The notes beneath the pieces were generated by a model. The model had not been told where the DNA came from and made no database searches. It saw only the letters and a program-made list of their open reading frames with translations. The position numbers were made by a program, and so were the translations under genes. A DNA stretch of 63,034 bases, counting the filler, from Folioceros fuciformis (taxonomy: Eukaryota), in NCBI GenBank assembly GCA_049999805.1. It is 13 parts of 13 records of this genome, joined end to end, with 100 filler letters (N's around TTAATTAATTAA, not from the genome) between each part and the next. Parts side by side here need not be neighbours in the genome. Positions count along the whole stretch, not along the records: positions 45,378 to 61,710 come from JBNGIO010004991.1; positions 61,811 to 63,034 come from JBNGIO010004992.1; 11 more parts are not named here. One strand, given 5' to 3'. The stretch's first letter is position 1. Each line of letters begins with the position of its first letter. This document shows, piece after piece, positions 60,259 to 63,034 of the stretch.

Positions 60259-61710
60259 TGTGGAGGCAAAACCCCGGGCATTAATTGCCAATGGGTTCCA
60301 CCTTTAGTGGCCACACTTATCCCACTGTTGTTGAGACATTGGGTTTCGTTCCCACGAAGGAGCGATGGGGTTCCTTGCTGCTGTTTAGGGTGGAGGGTCG
60401 GACTTGATCAACTCGATGATGGATTTGAGGGCTCCCCTCCAGCTCCGATCAGGCGTAGGACAGGCCTCGCTGTCCAGCGGTCAGCTGCACCTCTGTCGGT
60501 GCCCTCAAACTCACTCTAGTCACTACAACGACTCTAACCTCTTAGATCTACGACTTCCCTTACTCACTTCACTCACTCTCTTACTCCAGCACCAACACCA
60601 GCAACTACCAGCAACCAGCAACGACACCACTACCTTGTACACTTCCCTACTGACTCCTCCTACCCGGCAAGAGTCACTAGACTAACCCCAAACAAAAGGA
60701 AGAAGGGAACACACTCCCCTCTTGGATATCTCCCCCCTACAACCTTACCAAACGCCATGAAACATGGCTGGCCTACAACACTTGTCCAAGCAAGGAACAA
60801 GAGTGGACAGGTCGAGAGAAAGACACATCCTTTACAATCAAGAGCTAGGGGCAAGCCCCTACACCCTGGTCATTACACCTTGTGATCCTACCAGACACTA
60901 TACAACCGGCAACACACTGCCTGCGATCCTACCAGACACTGTACAGCCGGCAACACGCTGCCTGCGATCCTACCAGACACTGTACAGCCGGCAACACGCT
61001 GCCTGCGATCCTACTAGACATTGTACAGCCAGCAACACGCGGCTTGCGATCCTACCAGACGTTGCACAGTCGGCAACACACTGAAGGTCCTAAACCAAGC
61101 AGGGACATACCACAAGAGCTCATGAAGAGAGGACCTCCAAGAGCTCACAAAGAGATAGACTGACTCCCAAAGTGAATGACTCCCTCCTCCTATAGGCTCA
61201 CCTGATCTTATAGGAGTCTCTCTCTCTCTCTGACTTCACCTCTCTCTAACTTGAGAAATATTATTTTAATAGCCTAACCGGCTGTCACCAGCCACTTATT
61301 TAGACTTCTAGCACATCCTGCCAGCAATGAGCTGGCCCTACCACCACAAGGATCTACCACCTCTTAGACTATCCAGAGACTTCGGAGGATGTCTGATCTT
61401 CAAAGGTCTGCGGACGCCGCCTCTTCCTTGCTGGATGGTCGCCCGCTAGGTCTTCCCCTGCAACTATTCACCCTTGGTGGCTGAGCCAGCCTCTAGGGGA
61501 GGAGCATGAGCCATGGGAAAGATAGAAAAGAGGTGGGAAGGAGTGGGATCAACAGCCGGAACCTGGCCTGAAAACGGTAGCTTATTTAGCGGGATCAGCC
61601 TCCAGCCAAAATGGTTCCTCAGCCATGGAAGGCTGACCCTAGGGTGCAGGGGAAGGCCCTGAACTAAGAGGAAAAGAAAGCAGGTGAAACGGAGTTGAAA
61701 TGGAATTTCT
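60259..61710 (-). mobile_element. Family D LTR inserted in the family B LTR
   Basis: Highly similar to 7810-8486. TATA-like TATAAG on the minus strand at ~61207-61212. Confidence 0.72.
60881..61083. repeat. Tandem repeat, 41 bp x 5
   Basis: Unit TGCGATCCTACCAGACACTGTACAGCCGGCAACACGCTGCC, with no spacers. Confidence 0.95.
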
Positions 61711-62164
61711 NNNNNNNNNNNNNNNNNNNNNNNNNNNNNNNNNNNNNNNNNNNNTTAATTAATTAANNNNNNNNNNNNNNNNNNNNNNNNNNNNNNNNNN
61801 NNNNNNNNNNAAAAAGAAACCTAATTTCCTTTTGAAAGAAAGCAAAAGAGACATGATTGTGCATGAAATTAATTGCACAATCTAATGTACACTCATTTGA
61901 ATGTAACCTACATCAGATGCTCTGATACTAAGATTTATTATAAAAATAACATTGTATATATTTTAGAAAAAGAGTGTAAGTAAAACATTAAAGCTTAAAC
62001 TTAACTATTCATGAATGGGTGTGACTATTACTAACAGTCGTAACCCTAGCGAAGAGGTAAGACATTTTAAACTATACACACAATATGAAACTGGATATAA
62101 TATGTTATGCATGGTGGATCATATATCAAATCAAATGGCTTCTGGACAGCCCCATTGGTGCCTT

Positions 62165-63034
62165 CATATTCTAAGACAGCCCATCCTTCCATTCTTCGAA
62201 ATCCTATGGGCACGGGAGGTCGTAGCAACCAGGTGGGCATAGTTGCTGGTCAAGCAGCGGGGGTTGTCCAAAGCTATAATTGTCGAGGATTTGGACACTA
62301 TGCCAACAGCTGTTCATCAGCAACTAGGCAGGCCAATGGAGACTACGATAGGTTGTGCCAGGACTGCAAACAGCAGAGGTACGTGGCGGGCAGCGTGCTT
62401 TGTCAGAACCCTAGGAAGAGCGTGAGGATTGCTCAGCCAGCGGTGACAGGGGTGCTGCAAGCAGCACCTCAAGGGGCTGCAATGGCCATGCACGTGGAGG
62501 ACGCCCTCATGACTGTTTGGGAGGAGGCCGAGGCCAAGGTGCATAAGGGGCTGGAAGGGCTGGACAGCACTAAGGAGGGTTAATATGGGGAGGTTGCAGC
62601 CATGGCGGTATGTACTCGCAGTGGGAAGAGAAGGGGAAGGCAGAGGAGTGCCAAGAAGAAGGGGAAGGAAGTGGAATCTGCTGCAGGATCGGAGGAGGAG
62701 AAGGGCACCCCAAATGTGGAGGAATCATGTCGGGAGAAAGGAGACCAGGAAGGGCAGACCCCCAAGGAGGAAAAATCAAGGGCTGGAGAGGGAGCAGCCC
62801 TAGCAAAAGGGGGCAAACCTGGAATTTCCTCTAGATGTGAGGGAAGAGGTACTACACATGATCCAGGAGGAGCTGGATAGGGCAGCAAAGGAGTCAGCAC
62901 CCGTGGCTCCAAGCCTGCCACTTAGGGAGGTGGCAGCGGTGACCAAAGGCACCAATGGGGCTATCCAGAAGCCATTTGATTTGGCAAGAGCCATCATGGA
63001 CCAGCAATTTGCTGTTACCTTTGGTCAGCTCCTG
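62165..63034 (+). mobile_element. Gypsy gag C-terminus and gag-pol linker (zinc knuckles, TRSG motif); degenerate
   Basis: YNCRGFGHYANSC, CQDCKQ, AVCTRSGK, PFDLARAIMDQQFAVTFGQLL (pre-protease motif of non-chromovirus gypsy elements). Confidence 0.65.

Larger units (their letters stand above)
5151..61810. other. Twelve 100-nt assembly spacers (N44-TTAATTAATTAA-N44) starting at 5151, 8487, 10381, 12489, 14980, 18659, 22386, 24942, 30030, 40101, 45278 and 61711
   Basis: Identical length and an identical central 12-mer with stop codons in all six frames; artificial. Confidence 0.97.

Noticed and set aside
60881-61083. Possible CRISPR array
   Set aside because: Units are contiguous with no unique spacers, there are no cas genes, and the context is a eukaryotic LTR.

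Overview
Plant nuclear DNA. The compact genes with mostly 70-130 nt introns suggest a bryophyte or lycophyte such as a hornwort (inference only). The window is 13 contigs joined by twelve 100-nt N spacers, each carrying TTAATTAATTAA. About 85% is nested, mostly decayed LTR retrotransposons: several Ty1/copia families with short LTRs and tRNA-iMet PBS, one chromovirus, and a non-chromovirus Ty3/gypsy group (Athila/Phygy-like) primed by tRNA-Asp. One 9-kb gene island (31.0-40.1 kb) holds MED20, a divergent CASTOR/POLLUX/DMI1-family ion channel, a GT47 exostosin glycosyltransferase and LSM2. The most unusual signal is in the tRNA-Asp gypsy group. Its LTRs appear to carry, inside U3, a roughly 775-codon ORF: an Athila-ORF2/Transposase_32-like domain, a coiled coil and an unknown C-terminal domain, seen in four copies. 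A sister LTR carries host-gene fragments, including a receptor-kinase piece, at the equivalent position.
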